From assembly GCA_963817895.1 (NCBI GenBank), contig CAWFQB010000005.1, positions 32,001 through 96,000 on the forward strand: a stretch of 64,000 bases of DNA. The letters are read 5' to 3'. This DNA comes from an uncultured Chthonomonadaceae bacterium. Its GTDB lineage: Bacteria > Armatimonadota > Chthonomonadetes > Chthonomonadales > Chthonomonadaceae. How positions within the stretch are numbered: the stretch's first letter is position 1; each line of letters starts with the position of its first letter. The translations under genes were made by a program, and so were the position numbers. The notes below the pieces were generated by a model that worked only from the letters and a program-made list of their open reading frames with translations, searched no databases and was not told where the DNA came from. Positions 47,685 through 60,387 of the stretch are shown here, one piece after another.

Positions 47685-48705
47685 TTACGGGCAAGCGACG
47701 AGCATAAATCCCGATCTCGACTCGACGGCGAAATTCGACCGAGCGGAACTGGTGCGGGGCTGGCGGGCTTACGAGGCGCGGCAGCCGCGCGTGATTCCCG
47801 TCGTCAAATTCGGAGCGCGTACCGACATGGGACAGGTGCGCGAAAACAACGAGGACAAGTTCGACTTTTACGAGCCGGAGTCCCCGGAATTGTTGGCGCA
47901 TCGGGGCTGTTTGTACGCGGTTGCGGACGGCATCGGCGGCGCGATGGCGGGGCAGATTGCCAGTGAAATGATGCTGAAAAACGTCATTTCCAACTACTAC
48001 GACAGTCCGGCCTCTGACCTGCAAACGGCGATGCATGACGCCATTGTGCAGACCAATGACCGCATTTTCCATCTGGCGCAGATGATCCCGGAGCGGTCGG
48101 GCATGGGCACGACGCTGGTAGGCGCGATTTTCATTGAGGATCGGGTTGTCATCGCGCAGGTGGGCGACAGCCGCGTGTACCTGATACGCGACGGGCAGAT
48201 TACGCAGGTGACGCATGACCATTCGTGGGTGGAGGAGCAGGTGCGGGCGGGCCTGATGCGCCGTGAAGATGCCGAAATGTCGCCGTTTCGCAACGTGATT
48301 ACGCGCTCAATTGGCGCCGCGGCAACGGTCGTGCCGGATTTTTACGAGGAGCGGGCGCAGGTCGGGGATATATGGGTATTATGTTCGGACGGCCTGACCG
48401 GGCATGTGCAGGAGGGAGAAATCCTGCAAATCGCCGGCAGCCAGTTCCCTTCGGAAGCCGTTCGCCAACTGGTGGAACTCGCCAATGCGCGGGGCGGGCG
48501 CGACAACATCACCGTTTTCGTCGTGTCCGTGCGCGAACTGCTCACGCCCGACGGCCATCTGTACAATTCTCATGCTGAAGATGCCGCTCAATCCCCGGAT
48601 GCTTACGCTTCTCATGGAATGAACGGGCAGAACGAACCACTTCAAGATACGCCTGACGCCGCAGACGCCAATCGGGGTGGCTGGCGGAAACTGTTTGGAC
48701 GTTGA
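47677..48705 (+). CDS. PP2C-type Ser/Thr phosphatase (Stp1/PrpC family)
   Basis: RENNED, AVADGIGG, GMGTT, VGDSRVY, DHS, LCSDGL, GGRDNIT. Confidence 0.95.
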   Translation: MSDYGQATSINPDLDSTAKFDRAELVRGWRAYEARQPRVIPVVKFGARTDMGQVRENNEDKFDFYEPESPELLAHRGCLYAVADGIGGAMAGQIASEMMLKNVISNYYDSPASDLQTAMHDAIVQTNDRIFHLAQMIPERSGMGTTLVGAIFIEDRVVIAQVGDSRVYLIRDGQITQVTHDHSWVEEQVRAGLMRREDAEMSPFRNVITRSIGAAATVVPDFYEERAQVGDIWVLCSDGLTGHVQEGEILQIAGSQFPSEAVRQLVELANARGGRDNITVFVVSVRELLTPDGHLYNSHAEDAAQSPDAYASHGMNGQNEPLQDTPDAADANRGGWRKLFGR

Positions 48706-48772
48706 AAGAGCGGGTTTGGGTGCAGATGCAGTGGCGTATGCCGTATAATGAGAATAAGGGATTTTAGGCGTA

Positions 48773-50932
48773 GTGTTTCAGACGGAGAACCAACCCGGCG
48801 TGAATGGCACGATCATCAAAGGCAAATACCGCATCATGCGGGAAATAGCTCGCAGCAACGACATCGTTTTTGAAGCGATGGATGTTGCGCTGAATCGTCG
48901 TATCGCCCTGAAAGAACTCAATATCGCGCCGGGTATGACGGGACAGGCGAAACGGGAGCGTATCGAGCGGTTCAAGCGTGAGGCGACGGCTGCCGGACGG
49001 CTCAGTCACCCCAACATTGTTACCGTTTACGACCATTGGGAGGAGAATGACCGGCACTTCATCGCGATGGAGTATCTGGACGGTCAAACCCTGCGCGACG
49101 TGATGCAGGTTCGGGGCAAAATTCCTCTCAAAGAAGCGATTGATATTGCCTCACAGATGCTTGCCGCGCTTTCCCACGCCCACGCCAACAAAGTCATTCA
49201 CCGCGACATCAAGCCCGACAACATTTTCATCCTCCCCGGCGGACACGTCAAACTAACGGATTTCGGCATTGCCCGCCTGTCGGAAGAACCCGCATTGACC
49301 AGCAACGGGCAGGTTTTCGGGACACCGAGTTATATGTCGCCCGAACAGATCGAGGGCAAGCACATCGACTCGCGCTCGGACCTGTTTTCGCTTGGCGTCC
49401 TGTTGTACGAGATGCTGGCGGGGCGCAAGCCGTTTACGGGCGACAGCGTTATCAGCATCACGTATGCGATTATGAACGCGCAGCCGCCCGCCCTTGTCGG
49501 CGTTCCGCAGGGCGTGGAGCAGGTAATTCAACGCGCCCTGCAAAAGCGTCCTGACCAGCGCCAGATTTCCGCCGACCAGATGCGGCAGGATTTGCTGTAC
49601 GCCGAGCAGACGCCGCAAGTCTTTCTGTCGAATAGCAACGGTAATTCTTACAATCAGACCGGCATGAACATGCGGCAAACGGGCATGAACAATCCGTATG
49701 GCGCGAACATGCCGGGAGGCGGGGCGGGCTATGCGAACCAGAACATGCCGCCCATGAACCCGATGCAGGGCATGTCGTCTCAGGCTAATTACGGCGGGCA
49801 GAATAGCGGATACGGCCAGAATAACGGGTACGGCAATGCGGGCGGCATGGCGAACGGGGCTTATCCCAACCAGAACATGCCGGGTATGAGCCAGATGCCG
49901 GGTATGACGAACGGCGTTCCGCAGATGCCTGACCCGCAAGCCGGAGCGCAGCCCTGGGCGTGGAACAACGCGGGCGCAAGCCTCACGCGGTCACAAATCA
50001 AGGCTATGAAACGGGCGGCGCAAACGGCTGCCGCGCAGGGCATGAACCCGCAGCAGATCGCCGCCATGTACGGGCAAAACGGGTACGGACAAAGCGGCTA
50101 TGCGCAGAACGGACAGATGCCGCCGCAGAACGCGCCCAACGCCCCCGGCATGTCGCCCTACGCCTCGCCGCCGTTTCCCACCCGCCCCCGCGAACCGCTG
50201 ATTGTCCTGTCCGATGCGGCCCGTTCCAACATTTATGCGGCACTGGTCGCGGTTGTCATTGGATGCGTCCTTGCTTTCGGGGTAGTCTTGTTTATGAACA
50301 ACTACCAGTCTTACAAAGGCACAGTGAGTTCGCAAAAGGTGCATGGATTGATGGAGCAGGGCAGCGCGGCGTACAACAAACAGGATTATGCGGGCGCGGC
50401 GCAGTTCTTTGAGCAGGCATTGGCGGCAAAACCCGGCGCTGCCGACCTGACGAACCTGAACTTGAGTTTAGGCTATGCGTATGTGCAGCTTGCGCGACAG
50501 GCGCATAGCCGGGGCAATGTGTCGGAAGCCATTGACGACTATAACAAGGCCATCGCCTATGCCCCCAACTATCAGGTAGCCCACACCGAACTCGGCATTC
50601 TGAAGGAGGGGGCGCAGGACGCGCCCGGAGCGCGGGCGGAACACGACGCGGCTTCGACCAGCACGGCAACCGAACAGCCGCCCGCCTCGCTGCAAGCCCC
50701 GCCGCCGACCATCAGCAACGACCCGACGCCTCGCGCCGCCGGTATTGACCCTGACCATCTGCTGAAAGACAAGGCCGCGCAAGCGCAGCAGTTTCTAAAT
50801 GAGGGCGATCAATATTTCAAGAATGGCGACTTGAACAACGCTTTGAAGAAATGGCGCGAAGCGAGAGATGCGGCTCCCGGTTTAGATGAGGGTAGTCAGG
50901 CGATACAACGCATCCAGAGATATGAACAATAA
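48773..50932 (+). CDS. Hanks-type Ser/Thr kinase with low-complexity linker, TM helix and extracellular TPRs
   Basis: IALK, HPNIV, HRDIKPDN, DFG, GTPSYMSPEQ, SDLFSLG; TPR-like helices at C-terminus. Confidence 0.95.
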   Translation: MFQTENQPGVNGTIIKGKYRIMREIARSNDIVFEAMDVALNRRIALKELNIAPGMTGQAKRERIERFKREATAAGRLSHPNIVTVYDHWEENDRHFIAMEYLDGQTLRDVMQVRGKIPLKEAIDIASQMLAALSHAHANKVIHRDIKPDNIFILPGGHVKLTDFGIARLSEEPALTSNGQVFGTPSYMSPEQIEGKHIDSRSDLFSLGVLLYEMLAGRKPFTGDSVISITYAIMNAQPPALVGVPQGVEQVIQRALQKRPDQRQISADQMRQDLLYAEQTPQVFLSNSNGNSYNQTGMNMRQTGMNNPYGANMPGGGAGYANQNMPPMNPMQGMSSQANYGGQNSGYGQNNGYGNAGGMANGAYPNQNMPGMSQMPGMTNGVPQMPDPQAGAQPWAWNNAGASLTRSQIKAMKRAAQTAAAQGMNPQQIAAMYGQNGYGQSGYAQNGQMPPQNAPNAPGMSPYASPPFPTRPREPLIVLSDAARSNIYAALVAVVIGCVLAFGVVLFMNNYQSYKGTVSSQKVHGLMEQGSAAYNKQDYAGAAQFFEQALAAKPGAADLTNLNLSLGYAYVQLARQAHSRGNVSEAIDDYNKAIAYAPNYQVAHTELGILKEGAQDAPGARAEHDAASTSTATEQPPASLQAPPPTISNDPTPRAAGIDPDHLLKDKAAQAQQFLNEGDQYFKNGDLNNALKKWREARDAAPGLDEGSQAIQRIQRYEQ

Positions 50933-50947
50933 CGAGGCAGTCAGCGC

Positions 50948-51972
50948 ATGAATCAAACGAATACTGACTCCGCCGCAATCGAGACGCTGTTGGCGGAAGG
51001 CACGACGGATGCCGCCGCCCGACTGCGCGACATGGCGGAAACCACGCCGGAAAAAGACACGCGCAAGGCCGCCCGCCGCGCCCTGTACCTGCTGTCGCAA
51101 AAAGGCGTCACGCCGCCTGATGCGCCCGCGAAACAATCTCCTTCTGCCTCCGTAGCAAAATCGCCGCCTGTTTTAACCGCCTGGGCCAGCGCGTATGATG
51201 GCGCCGGGAATCGCCTGCTGTTTCTGGCATGGCTGAACTCGGACGGCGGTTCGCCCACGTTCCTGCAAGCCCTCCTCAACGATGCCGAGGGCGTTCGCGA
51301 CATGGAAACGCGCCGCCTGCCCCGCCGCGAACTGGACGAGCGGCTGCAGGGATTCACGTCGCAATTGGAGGGCGGCATCGCGCTTGCCGAAATCGCGCCG
51401 GATTACGGGCGGTTTCTGCTGCATCAGGCGCAAACGCGCGCCCGAGAGCAGCGCCGCATGACGCCCGCCGGGTTTATAGACCTGCTGAATGTAATCGGCG
51501 AACCGGAACAGGACTACACCGTTTCGCCCGTATGGGAGCATATTCCGCGAGGAGGATGTACTGCGCGGATACGGAAACTTATTCTGCCGCTGACCTGTTC
51601 AAACTGCCCTGGTTTGAAGCGTGGTTTTTGGATGTCAACGACGTGGTTCCCTGGCTGTCCGACGTGTACGATGTCATCGGGGACGAGAACGCTTCCGAAG
51701 AAGCGCAAAAGCAGGGCTTGGAAGCGGTTGCCGCAACAGCGGCTGCGGAACTGTTCCACGATGAATTGATGGATATATACGTTCGCCGTCTGGAAGAGAC
51801 TGCCGACGTGCTGTTGCGGCGCGAACGCGAACCGGAAGCGCGGCAGGCTCTTTATCACGCTCTGCGCCTGCGCGACGCGGCTTCCGCCGCCGACTCCGAA
51901 TTCGCCGTCGTTCTGGTACAGCGCACCATGCAGGCGGCGGTGGAGATGATGCGCCAGAGAGTTGATAGTTGA
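50948..51972 (+). CDS. Hypothetical protein (frameshift ~51548)
   Basis: Two overlapping ORFs (50948-51769 and to 51972) join into one coherent protein; KAARRALYLL, SAYDGAGNR. Confidence 0.65.
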
Positions 51973-52098
51973 GAGTTGATAGTCCTCTTGTGGTACGGTT
52001 GCCATTCTTTAACATGACCCCAAATAAGCGCAACCAAAGTTTACACAATGGCATTGTCTATCAATTATCAACTCCCCACAAGGAGAATTGGCTTTACT

Positions 52099-52878
52099 GT
52101 GAGTGATCCCCTGATTGCTATTGATACCGGGCAGAAAAACCCGTACCTGCTGCAAGTGACGCGGCAGGAGGTTCCCATGCGCGGCCTGCCTGCCACGTTG
52201 CACGGCACTACAGTTGTCCATCTCAGCGATTTGCACGGCGGGTTCGGCAACACGCGGGCGGTGCATGAGGAGGCTGTTCGGCAGGTGCATAGCATCAAGC
52301 CGGACCTGATTCTGCTGACCGGCGATTACATTGACAGCAAGACGCTGACCAAAGATTATCCCATTCAGGAGATGTTGTGCCAGTTGCGCGCCCCGCTCGG
52401 CGTGTTCGGTTCGCTCGGCAACCATGACCATCGGCGTGGCCCGGTCGGTACGCGCCGCCGCTTGGAACAATCCGGCGTGACCCTGCTGGTAAACGAAAAC
52501 ACGACGGTTGCGGGTGGGCTGCACATCGCGGGCATTGACGACCTGTTCGAGGGCAAGCCCAACATCCCGGCTACGATGCGCGGCCTCCCCCCGACGCCAC
52601 CAGTATCGTGATGTCGCACAACCCGCGCCTAATTGAAAAAGTGGGCAAGTACGACGTGCTGGTATTGTCCGGCCACACGCACGGCGGCCAGATCGCCTTA
52701 CCCCTCCCGAATCCCAAAATGGTATGTCTTGCTGCATCTGCGCTGTCCACAGGTCGCCGGCTGGTACAAAAAGGGCAAAGCGCGGCTGTACGTCAATCGC
52801 GGCCTCGGCGTCACCGGCAAGCCCTACCGCTACCGCTGCCCCGCTGAGATCAGCGTCTTCCGCCTTATACCGGGGTGA
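52099..52878 (+). CDS. Calcineurin-like metallophosphoesterase (YkuE-like), two frameshifts
   Basis: [34 protein letters not shown] across frames. Confidence 0.85.
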
Positions 52879-52990
52879 GGAAGAAAAGGAGAAGAGGAGA
52901 AAAGGAGAGGGAACCGCTAAATACGCAAAACACACGAAAAAGAACGTTGTTTCTCCCCTTCTCCTTTTCTCCTTTTCTCCTTTTCTTTTC
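52877..52990. repeat. Inverted GGAGAAAA octamer arrays
   Basis: gaaaaggagaagaggagaaaaggagaggg ... cccttctccttttctccttttctccttttc. Confidence 0.8.
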
Positions 52991-53005
52991 CAGAAGAGGT
53001 GCTGA

Positions 53006-53683
53006 ATGGATATAGCAATGATGCGGGCGCAGTTGGAAGCGAAGTATCCTCTGGTGACGGTGGGCGTGGAGGTCGGGGAGCGAGTCTGGAACGTGACCTG
53101 CGTACAGGATCAGGACACGCTGCTCGATTCGGCGGAGGAGTTGGAGTTTTTCCCCTACGGCTTTTTGCTGTGGGAAGCGTCCATTGCCCTTGCGCGAAAA
53201 CTGGCGGCGAATCCGGCACTGGTGGCAGGCAAGAGCGTACTGGAATTGGGCGCGGGCGTGGGATTGCCGGGGATTGTGGCGCGTTCACTGGGCGCAACTG
53301 TTTGCCAGACGGATCATCAGGCCCACGCGCTCTGGCTGGCGCAGGTGAACGCTTCAGACAACGGCATATCCGGCATCACAACCTTCGCGGCGGACTGGCA
53401 ATCGTGGTCACATGCCAACGCTTACGACGTGGTTTTGGGCGCGGACATACTGTACGAGCGGAACATGCACTTCTACCTGTCGGATGTATTCCGGCGAACG
53501 AAGGCGAAGAACGGGCAATTGCTGCTGTCCGACCCCGGCAGACCGCAGGCGATGGAGTTCATGGCGCAACTGGAAAAACGGGGCTGGCAAATGACGCTGG
53601 AAACGCAGGTTGTAGAATTAGAAGAACCGGGACAAATCAGCAAGCCCGTTGAAGTGGCCCTGTACACGCTGACTATGGCGTAG
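53006..53683 (+). CDS. Methyltransf_16 (METTL21-like) SAM-dependent methyltransferase
   Basis: PYGFLLWEASIALA, VLELGAGVGLPG, LGADILYE, SDPGR. Confidence 0.88.
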   Translation: MDIAMMRAQLEAKYPLVTVGVEVGERVWNVTCVQDQDTLLDSAEELEFFPYGFLLWEASIALARKLAANPALVAGKSVLELGAGVGLPGIVARSLGATVCQTDHQAHALWLAQVNASDNGISGITTFAADWQSWSHANAYDVVLGADILYERNMHFYLSDVFRRTKAKNGQLLLSDPGRPQAMEFMAQLEKRGWQMTLETQVVELEEPGQISKPVEVALYTLTMA

Positions 53684-53686
53684 TTT

Positions 53687-53738
53687 ACCTCACCCCAACC
53701 CCTCTCCTTGCCGCGCAACGCGCTAGGAGAGGGGCTTT
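53687..53738. repeat. REP-like palindrome
   Basis: ACCTCACCCCAACCCCTCTCCT...AGGAGAGGGG. Confidence 0.6.
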
Positions 53739-53785
53739 TATGGTTCTAACGTGTGCGTAGCGCATAAGACTTGATGCCCTGGCAA

Positions 53786-54908
53786 TTAAGGATGTGTGTC
53801 TTGTACAGGCACAACGTACAGCGCGTTTTTGTACTCGAAACTTAATTCTTTGCCGCCGGGCAGCCACTTTAACTCCTCAATTTTAGGTTCATCGGGAGCA
53901 AGTTTGTTCGAGGTGTTCAACGCTGACAAAATACGTCCAATTTCATGCTTGTTGCTGCCGTCTATATTGCTGACCCATACTGTTGTTATGTTGTAAAGGA
54001 TGGGCTTCACGAAGGGAAAGTAACGATGCAGCCATGCCTGCAAAGGCGATTCGGTACGCGCATGAACGAGCTAGGCGACGCGAGTCGCTGTTGGTGAAAC
54101 CCTGAACTCGTAGTGCTCTAGAGTCGAACGGCACGGCAAGCGCGCAGCGGTTTAGCGGCTTGCCATCGGATTGCAAGGACATCAGGAGAATTGTTACTGT
54201 TTTTGTGGGCGATGAATTGGCTTTCATGATGGGTTTGCCCATATCGTTCATCACCTCATCAGGCCATTGGATAAGAACCGCTTTATCGGGTGAGGCTGTC
54301 ATGTCTATATTCGCAAGTGTTGAATTCGCGTTGCGCGAAAGTTTGACGGACGCTTTCAGATTTTGCGTGTCGTGCATCACCATGTTCAGGTTAGCATCAT
54401 ACCCATAGCGTTCCAGCCAGTGCCGGCTGTCGGGCAGCCATAAAATTTCGCGGTGGTGATCACCCTCGCCCGTGTAAGGATAAAGAAAATGGCGTGTGCC
54501 ATTCACCTCTGCCAGCAGACATTCGTTCCATCGCGCCGAACACGTATACCATTTGCCATCGGGAGAGACACACTCCGAATCTACAACCTCTTCACCTAAC
54601 GTTCGGCGGTGTGCGGTCAATCCGGGCAGTTTTGTCTCTTGTCCTGTTGCAATGTCGCGCTTGTAAATCACGCGCTGATCATGCTGCGCCCCTTCGAAGC
54701 GATCAAAGAGAACTTCGTGGTCGGAGAGCCAGTGATTGCGAATACTTTCGTTGAAGCGTTTGCCGCCTAGTCCCCATTGCGTCGTGTCGGCGACGTGGCG
54801 GGCGTGTTCGAGCAGCAAACGGTCGCGTGGAACGAGCCGCCACGCGATTAAACAAGCGCCGAGCACAACCATTAGAAAAATCAGCACGAGTCGAAACCGC
54901 CTGCGCAT
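53786..54908 (-). CDS. Membrane-anchored beta-propeller-like hypothetical protein (frameshifted near C-terminus), paralog of 54923-56065
   Basis: N-terminal TM; RLLLEHA, SPDGKW, WLPDSRHWLE, WLPGGK.LSFEYKNALY. Confidence 0.65.
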
Positions 54909-54922
54909 GGCGACAATACTCC

Positions 54923-56065
54923 TCAATTGACCGCTGCGGAATAGTACGCGCTCTTGTATTTGAACCACGCGGTTTTACAGTCCGGCATCCATCCTGACTG
55001 TAACAAACTATCCGCATCTCCCTCATCCGCGTCGTCGCCGTTGCCGTCAATCGGAAGAACGATATGCCCGGCTTCGCGCCAATCGCCGCCATCCAGCCGA
55101 GAAGTCCACAGTCCGACCCAGGTTTGCTTGCGTGGCGGCGGGTGCGGGAGTTTGCTTTGAAGCCAGTGCTGTAAGGGCGATTCCGGTACGCCCTCCACCT
55201 GCCACAGAACATGGCTGCCATCGGGAGAAACGGCATGACGGATATAACGCAAACCTATCGGCAACGTAACGCGATACGATTTCAGGCGAACAACCTTGCC
55301 CCACTCCGGCTGCAAAGCGAATTCCAGAAAGGCCACATCAGAACTCTGGCCCGATGCAGCATTGATGTCCTCAAAATTACAGGTGATCAGGTGGTCATGC
55401 GTGGTCAGAACGCAATTGTCATACTCGTCATACATGCTTAGATGTCCGCTTTGCAGCGGCGGCAACGTCATTCGGATGTTGCTTCTAGGGTCCTGAATGT
55501 CGTGTAGAGTAACAAAGTCCTGATGAAGAGTGACATATTCCAGCCAGTGGCGATTGTCGGCAAGCCAGTGGTTCTCGAAGTGCCGGTAATCGCCCTCCTC
55601 GACCTTCCAGCGCAATTGTTGGCCTGCGACAGTGTTCCAGACGTGGACAGTTTCTCCGTCCAGTCTGGTATGCCACATCAGCCATTGCCCATTCGGGGAA
55701 AGCGCCGGATCAGCATAACGCTCTTCCAGTTGGTTTCCGAATGGGATAGTCTTGATGGTGGTGGCCCCGGTGTGTAAATCGTGACGCGCAATACTGTAAA
55801 GGGTAGGATGGTGATAGTCGTTAAGGTGAAGTTCGGCAACTTCGCCGTTCGGCATCCATTGTCTATCCCATGAAAAACTATCATGGCTTTCGTCAGAATT
55901 TTCCTTTACAATTGAATTGGCCGGCTTATCTTTTACATCTTGCAAGCGTAATTTGACGGCGCGTTGCAGCAGCAGGCGCTCACCGCCGTAGAATACGCGG
56001 ACGCCGACGGCAAGCAACATAAAGCAAAACAACAACGCCAGAATTTTGAACCATCTGCGCTTCAT
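54923..56065 (-). CDS. Membrane-anchored beta-propeller-like hypothetical protein
   Basis: MKRRWFKILALLFCF; RLLLQRA, SPNGQW, WLADNRHWLE, SPDG, WMPDCK.AWFKYKSAYY. Confidence 0.72.
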   Translation of the reverse strand: MKRRWFKILALLFCFMLLAVGVRVFYGGERLLLQRAVKLRLQDVKDKPANSIVKENSDESHDSFSWDRQWMPNGEVAELHLNDYHHPTLYSIARHDLHTGATTIKTIPFGNQLEERYADPALSPNGQWLMWHTRLDGETVHVWNTVAGQQLRWKVEEGDYRHFENHWLADNRHWLEYVTLHQDFVTLHDIQDPRSNIRMTLPPLQSGHLSMYDEYDNCVLTTHDHLITCNFEDINAASGQSSDVAFLEFALQPEWGKVVRLKSYRVTLPIGLRYIRHAVSPDGSHVLWQVEGVPESPLQHWLQSKLPHPPPRKQTWVGLWTSRLDGGDWREAGHIVLPIDGNGDDADEGDADSLLQSGWMPDCKTAWFKYKSAYYSAAVN

Positions 56066-56120
56066 AAGCAATTTTCGGTCAGGAATGGCACACAAAAGAC
56101 ATGAGGGGGGGTTGATGTTT

Positions 56121-56480
56121 TCACAGATTAAGGAGAATTCGTAACTTGTCTTCGACCTCAACCATCGTCGCGGCTGAAATATTTCCCATTCGCCGATGAA
56201 GCCGTTCTTTAGCGACAGAACGTATATCTTCGCATTTGATGTAACTAATTACGCTCAACCCACCTTCAGGCGGCTGAACTGCCACATGGGAACGCACTCC
56301 TTTGGAACGGCTGGTGATGGGCAATAAGATCACCAACTCGGCGGGACCAGCATTGAAGACGTTTACGGAAAGGATGAGCGCGGGACGGGTTCCCGCCTGC
56401 TCATGCCCACGAGTGGGATCGAAGTTCAGCATCCAGACTTCCCCTCGCAACGGCGAAAGTGAAGAGGGAACAGGACTCAT
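56121..56480 (-). CDS. mazF: MazF/PemK family toxin
   Basis: RGEVWMLNFDPTRGHEQAGTRPALILS, LPITS, CEDIRSVAKERL. Confidence 0.92.
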   Translation of the reverse strand: MSPVPSSLSPLRGEVWMLNFDPTRGHEQAGTRPALILSVNVFNAGPAELVILLPITSRSKGVRSHVAVQPPEGGLSVISYIKCEDIRSVAKERLHRRMGNISAATMVEVEDKLRILLNL

Positions 56481-56737
56481 ATCGGCTCCAATCCATCCGC
56501 CAGAGTCTGTTCCCAGAGTTTGCGCTCCTCCATCTCCTCCGCCCACTCCTCCGGCTGCGCCCGCAATGCGGCAAAGTCGGCATTGAGGGCTTCAAGGAAA
56601 GAATGGCGACGATAGGCTTCAACGGCGCGATCAAGAATAGTCTGCATGGGCAGGCCGTTCTCTTTAGAAAGCGCGGTCAATTGTTGATGCGTTTGCTTTG
56701 TGACGCGGACGTTCACGCTTCCCATTTGTATCGTCAT
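56477..56737 (-). CDS. RHH-type antitoxin
   Basis: AGGAG RBS; NVRVTKQTHQQL...ILDRAVEAYRR...WEQTLADGL; ATGA overlap with toxin. Confidence 0.88.
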   Translation of the reverse strand: MTIQMGSVNVRVTKQTHQQLTALSKENGLPMQTILDRAVEAYRRHSFLEALNADFAALRAQPEEWAEEMEERKLWEQTLADGLEPI

Positions 56738-56802
56738 CGGTATACTCCTTTTTGTTAGTAGCGCTGTTAGTATACTAAATGGCGGCTGATATTGCAAAGC
56801 GC

Positions 56803-56860
56803 AAAGCAGAATACCAACGCCAAAACTTTGAACACTCTGCGCTTCATCGCAATATTCCTT
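56803..56860 (-). repeat. Orphan duplicate of the 5' end of gene 54923-56065
   Basis: AAGGAA RBS plus MKRRVFKVLALVFCF versus MKRRWFKILALLFCF; 38/45 nt identical to 56021-56065. Confidence 0.8.
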
Positions 56861-56892
56861 GAAGATTTGGAAGCATGGGAAGACAGCCGGAT

Positions 56893-58083
56893 TTACCACG
56901 CGGGTTGCTCGGCGTTGCCAATGAGTTTGCGGCTGGTTTTGCCGTCAAGGGATGTGAGCCGGATGCCCCGGTTATCGTCCTCATTCGCGTAGCCGATGTG
57001 CGAATAGGCAATCCATTTACCGTCAGGAGTAAAACAGGGATCGGTTCCATTGATCGCTTATTTCGCGCGTTGCGCCCGCGCTTATATAGCCGTCCTCGTT
57101 CTTGATATCGAGAACATTGATGACAGCATAGCCGGAACCTGTAGGCGGTGCAGCGCATACGCCAGATGCTTCTCATCCGGCGACCATGCAAGTCCTGTCA
57201 CCCCCACGTTCTGGCGGCTGCCGTGATAATTGGGATCGTCGTAGTCGGCAGTGGATTTCAGGCGCGTCACGTCCCACTCCCAGGCATGCCAATCTTCCAG
57301 ATTAGCGGAGAGGTTTCGACGCTCGCCCCGTTGCGCAAGCCAGATGTCGCCGTTTCGCGCAAAGGCCAGATATTTGCCCGAACGGGAAAACGCGGGTTGT
57401 TCCTGATGCGAAAAACCGAAGTGGGTTCCCTGCTCGGTCACATCCAACAGCGCAACCGGCGCGCGATTCACTCCCGCCTGCGCGGAAACGGCAAACAGGC
57501 TGTCGGCATCTATGGTTCTACCGTCTTGAACATCGCTGCGCGGCCCAATGGCTGAGTCCGCGCGTTTCAGCGTCAGCGTTTCATCGTGGCTGAACAGCAC
57601 GGTGTCGGTAAGCGGGTCCCATGTCAGCCCCTCAATGCCATAGCCCGCATAGCCGTCATGATCGGGTTCCGGCTTCCATTGCGTGGTGAGCGAACGTTCG
57701 CCGGTTCCATCCGTCTTAATTGTCCAGATATTGTTATCACGGGCGAAGGCGAGTTGTTTGTGATCCCATGACCAGCGGGGCGAATTCGCGTTGTATATCA
57801 GCAGACGGGGATTTGCGCCATCACGGTCTGCTGTCCACACGTCATTGCCGCGCACAAACGCCAGTTTACAGGCGCGTAATGGCAAGGGGGCAAGCGCGGG
57901 ATGCGGCATTTGCGTCGGTGTCGGGAGGTCTTTCGAACAGGCAGTACAAGGCGCAGCGGCAGCGGGCGCAGGGGCCGGAACCACAGGAGGCGGGACATGA
58001 CGACGATGCCCCTGCGCCCACACCAGCGCCCACGCGCCGGTTTCGACCCAAAGCAAGAGCAACAAATGCGAACGGGACAGCAT
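56893..58083 (-). CDS. TolB-like PD40 protein (two frameshifts near 57135 and 57048)
   Basis: PRWSWDHKQLAFAR, PAFSRSGKYLAFAR, WSPDEK, then PCFTPDGKWIAY...AEQPAW*. Confidence 0.75.
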
Positions 58084-58340
58084 ACGGCCTCCTCTGCGCG
58101 ATAACAACAATAGTTCGATACCGACACATCTGCAAACGATGAAATTAGAAAGACACGGGGAATGAGAGTAGTATAACAGAAACAAAGAAGAAGAACAAGA
58201 GCAAATCAGGGTGAATTTTGGTTACTTTCCGGTTTTACGCGCCCTTTAGCACAACACGCGCTGTTTTGCGATACAATAGAGGGAAGATACGAGATACAAG
58301 CCGAACACCTAACACCAAATGCCGATGTGGATACATTACT

Positions 58341-60385
<2,045 letters not shown>

Positions 60386-60387
60386 GT

